Positions 25,449 through 39,002 of a stretch of DNA of 64,000 nt are shown piece by piece; position 1 is the first letter of the stretch, and each line of letters opens with the position of its first letter. The stretch is from contig CM119375.1 of NCBI GenBank assembly GCA_051294905.1, positions 25,110,001 to 25,174,000 of the forward strand, in the 5' to 3' direction. The translations under genes and the position numbers were made by a program. Under the pieces are notes generated by a model. It made no database searches, was not told the origin of the DNA, and saw only the letters and a list, made by a program, of their open reading frames with translations. Source of the DNA: Botryllus schlosseri (Eukaryota).

Positions 25449-25822
25449 CTTTGAATTGTTGTTGATGGGTGACGTAATCGACGGCGATATCCGAATTCGA
25501 ATTCGCGCTCGGATATTTACGAACCGAATCGATGATTGCGCGACAAAGCTTCTCGGCCTCCTCCAGCTCTTGTGATGTCATACTTGACGCGTCCATCTTC
25601 CCTGTGACTTCTTGTCCATGTATGATCCGATCCGGCATGACGTCGCGGAATTCCCCGATCCCGATCTCTTTTCCTGCGTGTTGCCGCGAGATCGCGCCGT
25701 AGAGCCGAGATCGAGTCCCGATAAATTGTTCGAATTCTTCTCTTTCAATTTTTCCGTTTCTGTTCGAGTCAGCGATCGTGAAAACGAGTTCTGGAGCAAA
25801 AACACCGTCCGCTCCGAGGATG
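25449..25822 (-). CDS. EF-hand gene exon with one EF-hand loop
   Basis: Loop DSNRNGKIEREE fits the 12-residue EF-hand pattern. CAG acceptor and GTGACA donor. Confidence 0.7.
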
Positions 25823-27902
25823 CTGCGGACAAATATCGGATTTGCATTGAAATTGTTCAAAATTGGAAAAATACATCCAACAATTCGTATCTTTCCGGAA
25901 TTTATTCACTCTAGGCTTGGGAATTACAAATCCATACATAAAATATACTTGTTTATTATTTTTACTCATTGTGAATGTAAATATTTAAATTTTCCACGGT
26001 ACTGGGAAACATTTGGTAAAGAGGAAAGTAAATTGGAGCTTCCAGGATGCCGCGGATATACGAGGGTTTATATCGAAACGAATTCCAGATTCCGAAAAAT
26101 ACGACCAATAATACATATATATCCCTCATTTCTTCACGCCCCAGAGTCGGAAATTACATATACAATAAATGGATCCCGGGATTCTGCGGATATAAATAGA
26201 TTTTTAGAGTACGATAATGATGATGATATTTGCGTCGATATTTACCAATGTTGAACACTACGTGACATGAATTAGGCAGTTCAATCAAGCGTTGCATAAA
26301 ATGGTTGCATATGAAAATTGGGCAATGAGCCCATATCCGTATCTTGCAGATTAGTACGAATGAGCTGGCCGTTTTCCGAAATGTGTTTGACACTCGTCAG
26401 TCAGTACATGGACTATTCATTCTTTTTTACTTCATTCCGTTTTCTTGTTTATGTTGTTTGCATGCGATATGGTATTTTATTGTATTGGATTTACTGATTA
26501 GTTTGGTAATTTCATGGATGTGCTTAACTGTTACTTGCCATTTGTATTTCAGTATACCTGTGCACAGAATGAGGGATTCGACACTACTCGCCATACACCT
26601 ATATATGTAGGCCTATGGTATTTTGTTCCAGGATATAATTTTATTCTGGCTAAAGTCTCATTATAATAACTGACACATTAAATTTGATAAGTGGCCGTAT
26701 GGGTTTGGGTGATGATGAAAATGGGGTCGTGCACTGCATGCATGTACGGCGTACGTGTATCATGCGCGCACTTCAGATCGCAAATCCTCTCAAAACACAC
26801 TTCCATCACGCTTGATAGTTTAGAAATGGGTATTCTATTTTGCAGCACACAGCGTGTCAAAACCGGAGAAAGAGGAGCTGTAGCACTTTAGAGAGTGGCG
26901 TACCATTGAAGCTCTTTGGCCAAAATTATTCACTTGTACTATCCTTGTTTTCGAAAGCTACAAATTAAATTGTCAGTGTAGGCCTATTGCTTCATCGCGC
27001 CATAAACAATTATACTGTTAGTGCTGTGACCTACAACTTTACATGCGCGTTATAAAATATGGGTTGGTTGGTTTGGAGTACATGCATTGTTCATATTAAG
27101 AACTGCGTTCAGCATTCCTCAAATTTTTGGCGAACTAAATTCAAAGTGAGCATACGTCTAAACTCCATGTTCAAGGGATTTAAAAGTAGGGTTACCATAT
27201 TTTGGAATCAGAAAAGGAGGACACTTCTTCAAAATTGTCAAACTTAAATTTTTCCCACTTCGTGTTCGGTTGACTAAAAAATAAAGGTTAAATCTCCGGC
27301 TCAGCTCCCGAAATAGCCGCCGGAACGTTATTTCAGTGCTGATTTACTGTATCTCAGTTCAATTTTACTCCATATTTAACCGAAATTCTCAAAAGAGGGG
27401 ACAAAATCACAAAAAGGTGGACATTTAAGCGTCCTCGAAGGACGTTTTCAAAAATCTGAAAAAGGAGGACAAATCCTCCTAAAGGAGGACGTATGGTAAC
27501 CCTATTTAATAGTCATATAAAGCAATAAAACAACACCCAATACAATTAAATTCCTGATATCGCCGATCGCAGATATGGATTCGGGATGTGTATAATGGGA
27601 TCAAACCAAATACGTATGAGACAATACCCGATGGTTGTTATAAGAACTTTGATTTGATCCCGAATATAGCATATAATTAGATTACTTGAGTGGGTGCAAT
27701 TGAAGCGTGGAATATTTCAAATAGTAGAGTGAAAACCCGGAAAGACCGACAGGACTTCGACCTCTTACCCAATCTTTGAAATGTTAAGGGGTGAGGTGGG
27801 GTGCAATACCATTAAAATGTCTGAAAAGGGGCGCTAGAGAAGGTCAAGACCCTCTGATTGAAACGCAAATAGCTATAGGGTATCGCACAGTCACACACTC
27901 AC

Positions 27903-28093
27903 ACAGTCTGTGAGTAATATCTCGAACCTGTCTTTAGTAGAGCGATAGGAAGAGACGCAATCCTCCATCACATCACGTCCGCCCATCACCTTCCTCCTCA
28001 CCGCGCGTATCACGTCGCACAACATATTCCTGCCTTCCAGTTCGGTGACGTCATAAACGTCCTGCCAGGATTCTCGCCGTTTTTCGCCAGCCA
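27903..28093 (-). CDS. EF-hand gene exon (AGEKRRESWQDVYDVTELEG...)
   Basis: Pyrimidine-rich CAG acceptor and GTGAGT donor. Phase-compatible with 28152-28278 across a 58-nt intron. Confidence 0.65.
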
Positions 28094-28151
28094 CTGAAAA
28101 GCGCGAGGGATTTGAAATTTGAATCTGTTGCGGTGTTGGCGGGAAACTCAC

Positions 28152-28278
28152 TACCGTAGAGCAGCTCGTGAACGAACACGTAGAAATCTTGTTCGGTTAG
28201 TTCTGTGACGTCACGATGAACGGTGCCGTAGATTGCGTGACCGAGGGCGCTCGCCACTGATAATGTCTCTGATGACGT
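28152..28278 (-). CDS. EF-hand gene exon (TSSETLSVASALGHAIYG...HELLYG)
   Basis: TTTGCAG acceptor, GTGAGT donor, 42 open codons plus 1 nt. Confidence 0.65.
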
Positions 28279-28382
28279 CTGCAAATATATCAAATAAAAC
28301 AAATCATGACATATATTTGCATATGTATATAGGTATGACATAGCATACATATACACATGTATCGTTTATCACACGTGTACAT

Positions 28383-31300
28383 TAGGGTTGTTCAGAATTG
28401 ACCGACTTTCAAAATGTCGTGGTTTTCAGTCCGATTCCCATGCCTTATACCATAAAAACATATTCTAGGTACTTTTTTCGTAATTCATCCCTTGCATCCG
28501 TGTGCACATTGAGCTGGAAGAATATCGGCTAAAAATAGGGGATTCCCCTAAAATATGAGTGTCGCTATTCGGACTAGGCTAGTAAAACGTCATATATAAG
28601 CTGGTTTTATGTAGCTACTGCGGTTGGAGTGCTACATAACCTCACTATAGAAAGTATTGTCAGTTCAGAACACCATTTTCATGTACCACACTGCCTTAGA
28701 ACTCCTCAAAACTGCCTAAGACTGATAGTCATTTTGTTGGATCACCTGTCCTACACTCCTCAACCCTACCCGAGATTGTTCATCAATTGCCGCGATCACC
28801 ACGTGCAAGAATACAACTGAAAATTATCATTCACTCACAGCCACATTATAAACATCACATTGTTCAAAGGAAACGAAACAAAAAGGCAAAGAAACAGATC
28901 AACTTGGCAAATACTACTTAAATCAGGTCCGGATGAAATGGTTGCTTTAGAGAAATCGGCATATCTGTTTCGTGATCTTCCACGGCTTGTAAGAGGCTCG
29001 CTCGCTGTTCTTTGTCATCTGTTTTGAAAGCATCAAAGTCGGTATTCAATTTCACCAAACGCTCTGCTGCGCCGTTAACTATTTCAACGCTACTCACAAA
29101 TTCTTGAGCAGTCACGAAATGCGAATCAGTATGCGGATGCCATTCCGAAACTGGAAGACTAAACCAATCATGTTCGACATGTATAGCATTGAATAGAAAC
29201 CATGATTCCGGTTCAATTAAAGCAACCATACCGATTGACTCAGAGACAGAGTCAGAGATTAGACTCAGAGGTATAGCCTACCTCTGCGAAATTGTTCAAG
29301 GATTGGCATTTGCAGCAATTTAGCAGCCATCGCTTCCTTCACTTTGTCAGGAATCTTTGGTTTAGCCGAGAACATTGTTGATACCACCGTTTCCTCGGTG
29401 AGATGCCAATGATGTTCACGCATCTTTTTATATGCCACATCAGCAACTGTAAAATCGCACAATGAAAAGTCTGTCATGCCATGAAGGAATTTGAGATCAA
29501 TATACTGTGCTTCACATGCATTACCAGTTTTCAACCAAGCTGAATAATAAAACAGGGCAACTTTCTAATGAACTCTTCAGAATAGCCCATTTGCTTTCTC
29601 CACATGAACATTTTTGACAGTACAGCACTTGACTCATCCATCCAGTGCTATTAGTAGCACCAGGCTTGTGAAAACGATTATCAATATATTGGGAAGCTGC
29701 AATCGCCAAGGTGCCTGTTGCACATTCTCTGTAGTCATTTCTTATCAAGACTTCTTTCTGCTTTCCATTATATGGCTTCATCAGTGGAATTATTTCTTGC
29801 TTAGCTTCATCAGCTTTGATCGCCAACCAGCTGCATTCATCAAACTGAAGCGTTTTAGAGCTTCTTAATTGATCAATATCTTTCCACTTCTTGGAAGGTA
29901 TTAAAATCTGTGTTTTCAGGGCCTGTGGTCGCAGATCCAAACACACTTCACTTCCAGACCTCCCCGGATGACTAGTTCATGTATATGATGGTGACAAGCA
30001 GAAGTAGAAAGTAGAAAACTTTCCTGTTTATCAATTCTTCAAGTAACAGAACCGCACCTTTTTTTCCCCATTGTTTGAGGGTGTTGTGTCAAACACAAGT
30101 GCTATGACATTATTTGTTTAATTATAAAGTTCCAGCAGTTCAAATGACAGATCAGCCTGTGCTTTTCCTGTAGCACTCTCCAGAGTTTGATTGCCAAGAA
30201 GTTTGCCTTTCTCAAATGCGTTGGAATACGCAGACTCTATGCCAGCACTGCCAAGGCCTCAAATTTCCCTCCGAAACGACTTCTAGTGAGCTTTGCATCC
30301 CAGTGCAATGCAATGTGCTTTGGTGGATCGTTTGCTATTTTTTCAAAAATAGACTCAGAAATTTTAAAACGATTTGCAATGCGTCGTCGATAGGTTCCAG
30401 ATCTTGAAAGATGAAAGTCATTAGAGTCACCATCGCAAGCTTTAATCAGTGCTGCAGTTATCATGGTAGCAGCATTATCGCTGACTTTCAAGCGATCAAA
30501 AACCTGGCATAGGTCTTTGTCGTTGTATAGGCTTACAGGCGCTTTTAGAGTCACAAATTTAAAGGAATGACCAGATATCGTCTGTGCCACTTCAAAATCA
30601 GTGCTGTGGGAAGTGTCAGCTATCTGCGTAGATATAGATGAGCTCTCTGTAAATTCACCTTCACCACTTGATTCTGGTGCACTCTCTCACACTCATGGTA
30701 CGTCTTTTTTGTTACATGATTTTCACTTTCAACACGGTATCTTTGCCACCAATCGTTGCTAATCACGGACCCCTTTGATCCTGATAAAATGTTATGTATT
30801 CGCGGGAAAGAAGTGTACTTGCTTCAATTGTCGCCATCGCGTCAGGGGCTCCTATGCCTATAGCTTACTCGGCTTGGCTTCAAAGTCGCTTTATTTTCTT
30901 GATACATATTGCTGGCCTGCAGATTCCTTTAGTGACAGCCATTTGTTTTCTGTTTTCACACTGTCTCTAATCTTTCAATGGCATTGACTTGCGTGATGGT
31001 CTTTGTGGCAGCCAGGAACCAAAAACGTATTAGTTCATCTCCTACGTCCAGGATGTGTAACTTTACTGGTTCATTTTTCGCATATGAATGCTCTCTTAGG
31101 TGTAACACGTACTGCATAACTTTCCTAACAGTAGGCTGCTTCTGCTTTGATCTTGTAATGTTTCCTCAGATGGCCCAACTACGAAACGTTGTGTCTGCGA
31201 CCGTGATCTTCTAGTTTTCTTTGATACTATTGCACTAGATGACAGTTTTTTTTCAGACATTTCGCACTAGAGCCAATCCTAGAAAAATAAATATACATCA

Positions 31301-32015
31301 ACTCAATCAAGCAACAAAGATTAGTTGGAAACATTTCAGTTCTCTCAGGTCAAACACATACCGTACTGCACAACTTGTGCAAGAATAGCCGGATTAGATC
31401 AAGTTATTGATTCTGGAAGATAAATATTCCTAAATTGGAAATACTTCTACCAGTACATTGCTTTCTTAGGAACTAACATAAAAATCTGAGCAACCGATTG
31501 GCTGTTTTGCACAGTCACTGGAAAATACATTTACAAGCTTTGTTTTCTATTCCAGTAGGCAGGAAAGAGTATCAGGTCCATTAGATCGAATAACGCAATA
31601 CTGCTACAATACTATAATCACTAATCCTGCGCTAGACTCGCTAACAGCGTGAGTCAAAAAGCCACCGGGCAATCCTGCACCTCAATCGCAAACACAGTTC
31701 TTCAACAACCAAGCAGCAAAACACCTGACTAATCAATGATTCCCATTTCACTGGCATGCCTAGCGCGTCAACAACGCTAGCACATACGCTTCACGTCAAT
31801 GAGAACACCTGCAATTCCTGTCGAGTCACTCACAACGGGGGAATCCCCTAATTCCGAAGAATTTTTTGGGTGCATGAAAAAACGGCAATGTGCACACGGA
31901 TGCAGGGGATGAATTACAAAAAAAAGTAGCCAGAATTTGTTTTTAAGGTATAAGGCATGGGAAACGGACTGAAAACCTAGACTTTTTGAAAGTCGGTCAA
32001 TTCTGAACAACCCTA
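28383..32015 (-). mobile_element. Complete but degenerate hAT-superfamily element with TAGGG ends (hATm-like)
   Basis: TIRs of about 130 bp starting TAGGGTTGTTCAGAATTGACCGAC, and perfect 8-bp TSD GTGTACAT (28375-28382, 32016-32023). Confidence 0.9.
28918..30590 (-). pseudogene. Fragmented DDE transposase
   Basis: Motifs IALHWDAKL, ACHHHIHELV, HHWHLTEETV and IVNGAAERLVKL are spread over several frames with stops. Confidence 0.8.
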
Positions 32016-32885
32016 GTGTACATACCCCGCCTAGTTTAGTTTAAATCCATAAATTGCTCAAGGATAACTTCGATCTGAGTTGCGACATTGACTTTGATCG
32101 GTGGTTCCTATGAGCACGTATAAATATGTGGAAATACGAGAACATGCAGTTTATTTTTGAAAATGCTCAGTATGATATATTTGTTTTGATTCGGCTTTCG
32201 AACAATTCTGGCGCTTCTCAAATTTTGCGTGACGTTTGAATAGATTTCGGTCGCCATGCGGTCTGCAACGAGGTATTTTTACTTGCAAAGCGCTTCAAGT
32301 CGATTTGCACTACTAGTAGATTTGGTCGCGTACGTTGGACGAGTCGTTAGGCTGATTTTGAGGTGAAAAGACTCGCATGTTTCGATAGCATTTCTAGCTT
32401 GCAAAATTAAAAAATGATGCGTTTTGCATGGAAACTGTTTGAGTAACCGCTTAAAGATTATTGTGGCCAAACCTACTTGAGTAGTTTGGGCATGCAGAGA
32501 CATTTCAATCATCTTGTGTTGCTCAGTTTTATATTTAAAAAAACTAAAAAGTGCCTAGTAGGACAGTCAGAACTCCATCAAATAGTTCAAAAAATGAAAG
32601 ACTTTTAGCAGTTCATCGCAGATGGTTACTTTCGTGAAATCGTGAAATGCAATTTTGCAAGTGACACGTGATCGTTAATGACACTTTAAATAGGAGAAAA
32701 GTTTCTTACATATATTCAGGTGCCGTGATTTAAAGACTATGTTACTAGGTTGCTATGGCAATTTCGCGGTTGTATGTTTGTTGCTAAATCGGCACCTACA
32801 GTTTTCTTGTGATTACCTTTCTGTGTTAATAATCATTCGTCGTAATGTACTGGCGTGGTCTATAATGATTGCGGACTGTCTACCT

Positions 32886-34422
32886 CAGTGGTTCTCAATC
32901 TGGGGGGGGGGGGCGAAAAATTGACAAAGTCTGTATGAATTCTGACTAAACATGTGTTTCAAAACCCTTCTGAGACGATAACTGTTGAAGATGAAACTTG
33001 TTTCGTGTTCATGAAAGCTCTCCAAACTCAAACCCCAGCAGTCCCGCTCAACGGAGTATAGGCTGACTTCAACTACATTTATGCAAATTCTTGATATTCT
33101 TTGAAGATTGAGAGCAATTCTCACGTGCAAGTCATTCATTACCTTATAGCTTTGAAAGTAGCTAAAGCTAGGTGCGCTAGGTAGCTGTTGTTACTAGCTG
33201 GCGAACTGCACTGCCTAAGACAGACCTAGATACAATATAGGTTGCCTGGTTTCGCCCTCAATTAGGCTACCCTAAATCAACACACTTTAATTCAATTCCC
33301 AAACTGATTACATTTAGCTTGGATTAACATAACGACGATGTACTCTCTGTAGTCACTTCCAGCATTAAGATTAGTCTCAGCGGAACCTACCTTGAAATAA
33401 ATTGATATCCTGTTCAATCCTGTTTTTTTACTATTTTCAAACAAGTTTGGGGAAATTCGTCCGAAATGCTAAAGATTCAACAGTTGGAATGCGGATTCAA
33501 ACTTGGCGTAAGACATACCAAATGTATACTATTAGACCAGGGCTGATAGAAGGGAATTTTTCGTCGACACCTAATTCAATTAGACTAGTATGTGTTGGCG
33601 GCCGTCGGCATGCAAATTGAAATTACGAATTCGCTCCCAAATTTGAAAGATTTTAATTAATCTTGAAATTTTCCTCGCGCTAGACGCAATTCAACATAAC
33701 TTCATTTTTCGATTTTTATATAGTATCGCCCTTCGCAATCAGAGCCAGAATCGGAATCGTGTGCTCCTCACGAAAGAAATTTGTTTATGGTACATTTGGG
33801 CGATTTCGATATCTTTCTATTACCAATACAATCGACAATCATGATGTGGGGTCAAGAAATAACAACATGCAACAAAGTAATTAATACCAATTGGCATACC
33901 GGAAGATGCATTATCTTTTATAACTTGCCCTAAATTTTCGAAAACCCTCACTCTATGAACCCTACCGGTGAATCTGATCACATGGGCTGAGAAAGGATAA
34001 ATATTTGATAGTAATATGTGGTACTGCTACTATTAATTACGGAATTCATTCGTGAATATGATAAGTTCTCGCGATATGCAATCCCAACACCTATTCATAC
34101 AATTGCCACTCGCGATTTCGGTGCGTACAATAGGCCGTTGTGAAAGTAGAATAGTCCAGAGTTCACCGGGAATGGATATGGGGTGGACAGATTAACATAG
34201 GTATTTTGCGTCCGGTTAGTTCATTACAGCTATGCCCTGGAATGAGGCCTTAGGCTACATAAGTAATCGAAATGCGGCCTTGATTAGCAAAAAGGTTGCC
34301 TACCACTGTATTAGATGATGTGTTCTTGTTGACATGACGATAAGTGCAGGGGGGTCAGGGGGGCGCAAATTTTTTGACCATTGCCAAGGGGGGCGCATGT
34401 CCAAAAAGGTTGAGAACCGCTG
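32886..34422. mobile_element. Non-autonomous hAT (Charlie/Buster-like) element
   Basis: TIR CAGTGGTTCTCAA / TTGAGAACCGCTG, perfect TSD GTCTACCT and G-rich subterminal tracts. Confidence 0.9.
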
Positions 34423-34479
34423 GTCTACCTGTTTCACGTACTGACAACCGTTATGAATTTATGTTGCTCTTGTCGTGAC

Positions 34480-35590
34480 TGTTGGTATTGTGAGTGTCGT
34501 AGTCAAGGTATTAGTTCATTTAGGCCGATGTAATAAACTGCTTACGAATATTGTTTCGCGTTCACAACATCTCAATGAACTAATACCTTGACCGATGTAA
34601 AATTGTCCAGCCCGCTCATCCACATGTTACAAATGTGGCATAGCGGAGCATACGCGAGAGTTTGCAAAAGTGTGGCGCATGCACCCACTGGAACGACGAT
34701 ATCCACGAAACATAGTTCGTCCTCGTCGTGCGTATACAAGAAGCACCAAGATGTTTACGTTACGCAATCACTGTCGACGTTGGTGGATCCTGGTAATGGC
34801 TTAAGCTACACATATCCAAGGACAGTTGAAGCGATGAAATTGCCGGTATTGCCATATACAGATTGCAAAACGATGGCGGCTAAGTCTCTGAAATAATCTA
34901 TCCCTGGTCAATGCATCATAGAGTTGGTGTTGAACGGGAAGGTTTGCAGAAACGTCTCGCTCGACGCCATGAAAGATGTCTGTTGCGATATAATACTTAG
35001 TCAAGACTTTCAGAAAAGACACAACGCGTGGTGTTCACATATGATGGCAAAGAACCCGAACTCGTTATATCATCTCAAGACCGTGGAACCTGTGCTGTTC
35101 TAGCAGTTAACACGAAATGACCACAACTCTTCAAGTCCATTACGCTAGGTTTCAAGCAGGTGGGCGCACCATTCCGGCGTTATTGCACTGCAAATACAGC
35201 CTTCATCGAATCCGAAGTTGACAGACTGACGTAAGATGGAATTATATGACCAAGTAGTTCACCATGGTTCGCTCAGCAACTCGTCGTAACCAATCACGAG
35301 TCCGGTAAAAAGCGAATGTGCATAACTTATTCACAAATTGTGAACCTGTTTACGGTACTCGATACCTACCCGTTGCCTCGCATAGAGGACATCGTACAAA
35401 AACTGGCAAAATACAAAGTATTTTCATCTTTCGATTTAAAGAGCCCATATCACCAATTGGAGCTACGAGAGAGCGACAAAGCGCCTACCGCTTTTGAAGC
35501 AGTCGGTCAATTGTGGGAGTTCAATCGATTGCCGTTTGGGGTCACGCACGGTGTTCCTGCTTTTAACGAACTAAGGACGCGACCGTCGTA
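34480..35590 (+). mobile_element. Decayed Ty3/Gypsy fragment: putative short 5' LTR (about 34480-34569), gag knuckle, protease, N-terminal RT
   Basis: TGTTG...AATAAA...CAACA segment, CPARSSTCYKCGIAEH knuckle remnant, LSTLVDPGN protease remnant, and YPLPRIEDIV...FDLKSPYHQ...LPFGV RT motifs. The LTR left edge is uncertain (could be 34462). Confidence 0.85.
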
Positions 35591-37880
35591 AAACGGATGG
35601 AAACTAATTCCAAACCTAATTTAAATTGTTCAAAATTCTAATTTTGAATACTGAGAAGTTTTTGCTATATTACGCCCGAGTAAGAGTTGAAGGATATAAA
35701 AACAAAGATGGGTTTCGTGATATAGTGGCTAATTTGCTCATTTGTTATGCTGAGTTTGAATTCAGGTGAAATTTATGATTCTTTTCCATTTTCGTGGACT
35801 TTTCCACTTCATTTCAGCTATTTTTGGATTCGGTTTTAGACACGAGACGATATTTACTTTGGATTCAGATATATGGAACAAGATAATGATTTGAAAATAC
35901 CAAACCCAAAGAGACTAACCAGCTTATGCCCGATGATTCGTTTTAGTTCGTCGATACCGATTCGGTTGTTTCCGTCGTGGTCGAGACTTTCGAACGCCGA
36001 GAACCAAGAGTTGAACGAGCCTCCTCCGCTAACTATAGTGAAAACAAATGTTAACTAACATAGCATTTTGATCAAAATACATATTTTGACACATTGCATA
36101 TTTTTAAATTCAAACCTAATTTTAGATCAAAATAAATCGATATCTAGATTTAAGTTCGTCCACGTCCAAATCCAAAGACCTGAGGTACTTGGACTTTTTC
36201 GAAGTATTCAAGGGGATTTGCCTGACAGCACCACTTCCGCAAGCAGTTACGATTGTGTTATGTTGTGTTGTGAGTTATGACTAGTTGACAGAAGATACAG
36301 TTTTCAGACGTTATCAGAACTTTCACGTCCAAGTTAATACAATAAGTTAACAATAATCTGAAATCCATGTCTAGTCCAAATACGGCTAAAATCATGAAAT
36401 CCTGTTTTTCCAAAATCCATGCATCGCGGTATATGAAACATTCGTATGCAGAAATGCAATCAAGAGTCTCGAAAACGAGTGTAACTCTCCAGCTTCAAAA
36501 TGACCCGCAAATCCGTTTTCCCAAACCCATATTCGTCTCATCTGTGAAACTCACCAAAAGCAGACGACTTCAAACTATTGGTGCAACTTTCCAGTTCTGC
36601 AAAAGGTGAAAAGGTTTAACGATGAATTCTGAACTCTGAAATCGGACTTACCTTTCATCGACTCGCGAATGTGTGGGATGTCGAAGGTCAGGATTGAGCA
36701 AACGCTCGCGGTTACGTGATAGAAACTTTTTTTAGAAGCTGGTAAAATATTGCAAAATATAATGCAAATATATAGCTACGAGGTTTATCGGAGTGGAATG
36801 AATTTGGTGCTATTTCGCGTTAAAATGAGTGTTCAGATTTATAACTTAAATATGCATGTTTAAATATGTGTTAAATCCTGTATAATGTCTGAATCACCGA
36901 GCGCTCTGCGAAATGGTTAGGGGGCCAATAAAACGATGCATATCCAATTTCACTCAGGTCCAACCCGTAAAAGCGAAGGTGTTGACAAATTATAAAGTAG
37001 TTTTGAAATTTTTTATTAAAGAAAAATAGTATTGACGGTGGGAAAGTCTATCATTTACGAATGTCGAAAAACCGTTACTAAGTATGTGTGAACGAGAAAT
37101 AACGCTCATTAGCATGTTTTTATCTTTATAATTGGTTTGAAATATGAGGTATTGGCATATATTTGAAATGAATTATGTACCAGTTCTGTCAAAAGTTAAT
37201 TTTACTGCAAGTAAATGTCACATCAACATTGTGATTAGCGATTTCACCAAAGAACAACCCCCAATGAACGCACTCATTTTGACATATTGAAGTTATGCGC
37301 TTCTAAAAGCCTACTTTTCTATTTCCGTGCAAATTCCCGGCTTCTGCGACGCGAAATGAGGAAAATTGCGCGTTAATCACAGGTTTCGTGATGGCCGATA
37401 TCCTGGCGATCCAAAAATATTCAACACCGAGAATTTCGGAACCAATCGATGGCGTCACTCGGGAGAAAGGATTCGCATTTCAGATTCAAGGCCATAAATT
37501 AATTTCGTATCGTGTCTATATGCAATACCAAATGTGTTCAAAAGTCGCTTGACAATGCAAAAATTTCAGAAATTTCATATCCGAATTCACGTACATATAC
37601 GGCAATTGTTGGACTTTAGTCTTTAAAAGTCCATTATAAATTTTATGTTACGAGAATTTTTATGTCTTATTCCAAAGCCATCTTCACATTAATCTTTTAT
37701 CCAAACACGGTTAAATTCATCAAATACTATTTTCAAATCAAATCTCTTGTGTTCTCCCTCCTCCTGATGATAGTCGCATTAAACTGGAAAACCATGACAA
37801 CTTTTATATCCAATCCATGCCTGTCGTCAAATAAATCTTAAATCCACAAAAGCAATCCAGAAATCTTGTAATTTTCTTAC

Positions 37881-38012
37881 CTATCTCACTCTCCATTGAC
37901 TTTGTGACCACTTCAATGAACTGCGAGGTCGTGAGCGGCCCCATTCCGTGTCCTCCGAATTTAAACCAAGCCCCAACCTCTCCTATTACGTCCATCACGT
38001 CAGTCTCGTGAA
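37881..38012 (-). CDS. EF-hand gene exon (HETDVMDVIGEVGAWFKFGG...)
   Basis: TTTTCTTCTCAG acceptor, GTAAGA donor, phase 1-1 and compatible with 38548-38661. Its link to the 28-kb exons is not proven. Confidence 0.65.
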
Positions 38013-38547
38013 CTGAGAAGAAAAGTGGTAAAAAAACTAAAATGTCTAAAATATCTATTAATATCTTAAACTGTTAAAAATGTGCATAAATACATATCAA
38101 TATGCCTCCTCCGAACGGCGTCATTTCGGTAAATTGAAATCCAAAAACTTGTAGCTGGCATAATGACTATACAAAAACTACGAATAGATGTAATTTCGTA
38201 GAATATTCACTATTCAGTTGTCGTGATGCAGGAGATAATTTCCACAGTTTCTGTGACAATTTTGCTCGCAAACTTTTCCTTAAACTACTTCTCACTTTGC
38301 GAAAACGAAGGTCTGCAAATTAAATAGTTTTGTCTAAAAAATTATTTAGTGCAAGTGAAAATAGTCGGAAATTTTTCAAATGGCTTACCACCAAGTCAAC
38401 CAGTGTTAAATGGGCTATGTAACTCGGTTGTTATGGCTTATGAATATGATACACACGTATTTTAATACACGTTTGCACTTCTTCCAAATTAAAAAAGGTG
38501 CGAAGTGAAATTTCGCCTAAAATCTGTCAAAATAGAAAATTTCTCAC

Positions 38548-38661
38548 CGAATCCCTTCGTCTCAAGGTAAAGAGTCAGCTCAGCACTCGTCATCTTGCCG
38601 TCGCCGTCCAGGTCCGCGCTATGGAAAAGAAGTCTCCGGATCGTGGCTTTCTCGGAATCGG
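38548..38661 (-). CDS. EF-hand gene exon with one EF-hand loop
   Basis: Loop DLDGDGKMTSAE, CAG acceptor, GTGAGA donor, phase 1-1. Confidence 0.75.
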
Positions 38662-39002
38662 CTGCGACAGTCGAATATTGGATCAAATATCAGACCCCTT
38701 AGTTCTATATCGATTAGGGAAAGATAGGGCAGCTGTGTGTTTCGATTATGAATCTAGTAATATGATTCTAGTCGAGTATTCTAGCATCGCTCATTAGGAC
38801 ATCATAGCGGTATCGGTGATTTGGAAAGTTCAAAACGTACCTTTATTGCCGCAATAAATAATGTATTGCCAGTTCTACATCACGTTGAAGATAATTTGGT
38901 AATATTTTTACGATACCTATTTCATTGCACTTTTTGACAATGCTGTGATTTGATCACAACTTCACAGATATGATATTTGCACTAAGGCGCGTAGCTTTGT
39001 AC

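Larger units (their letters stand above)
20287..30160. repeat. Tandem segmental duplication, copy 2
   Basis: Matches 1-12085 minus the 2210-bp insertion (element plus TSD). The shared block may extend left of the window. Confidence 0.95.

Noticed and set aside
37690-37780. DYHQEEGEHKRFDLKIVFDEFNRVWIKD frame as the next EF-hand gene exon
   Set aside because: The nearest acceptor in the required phase gives an immediate TAA, so it could not be joined.
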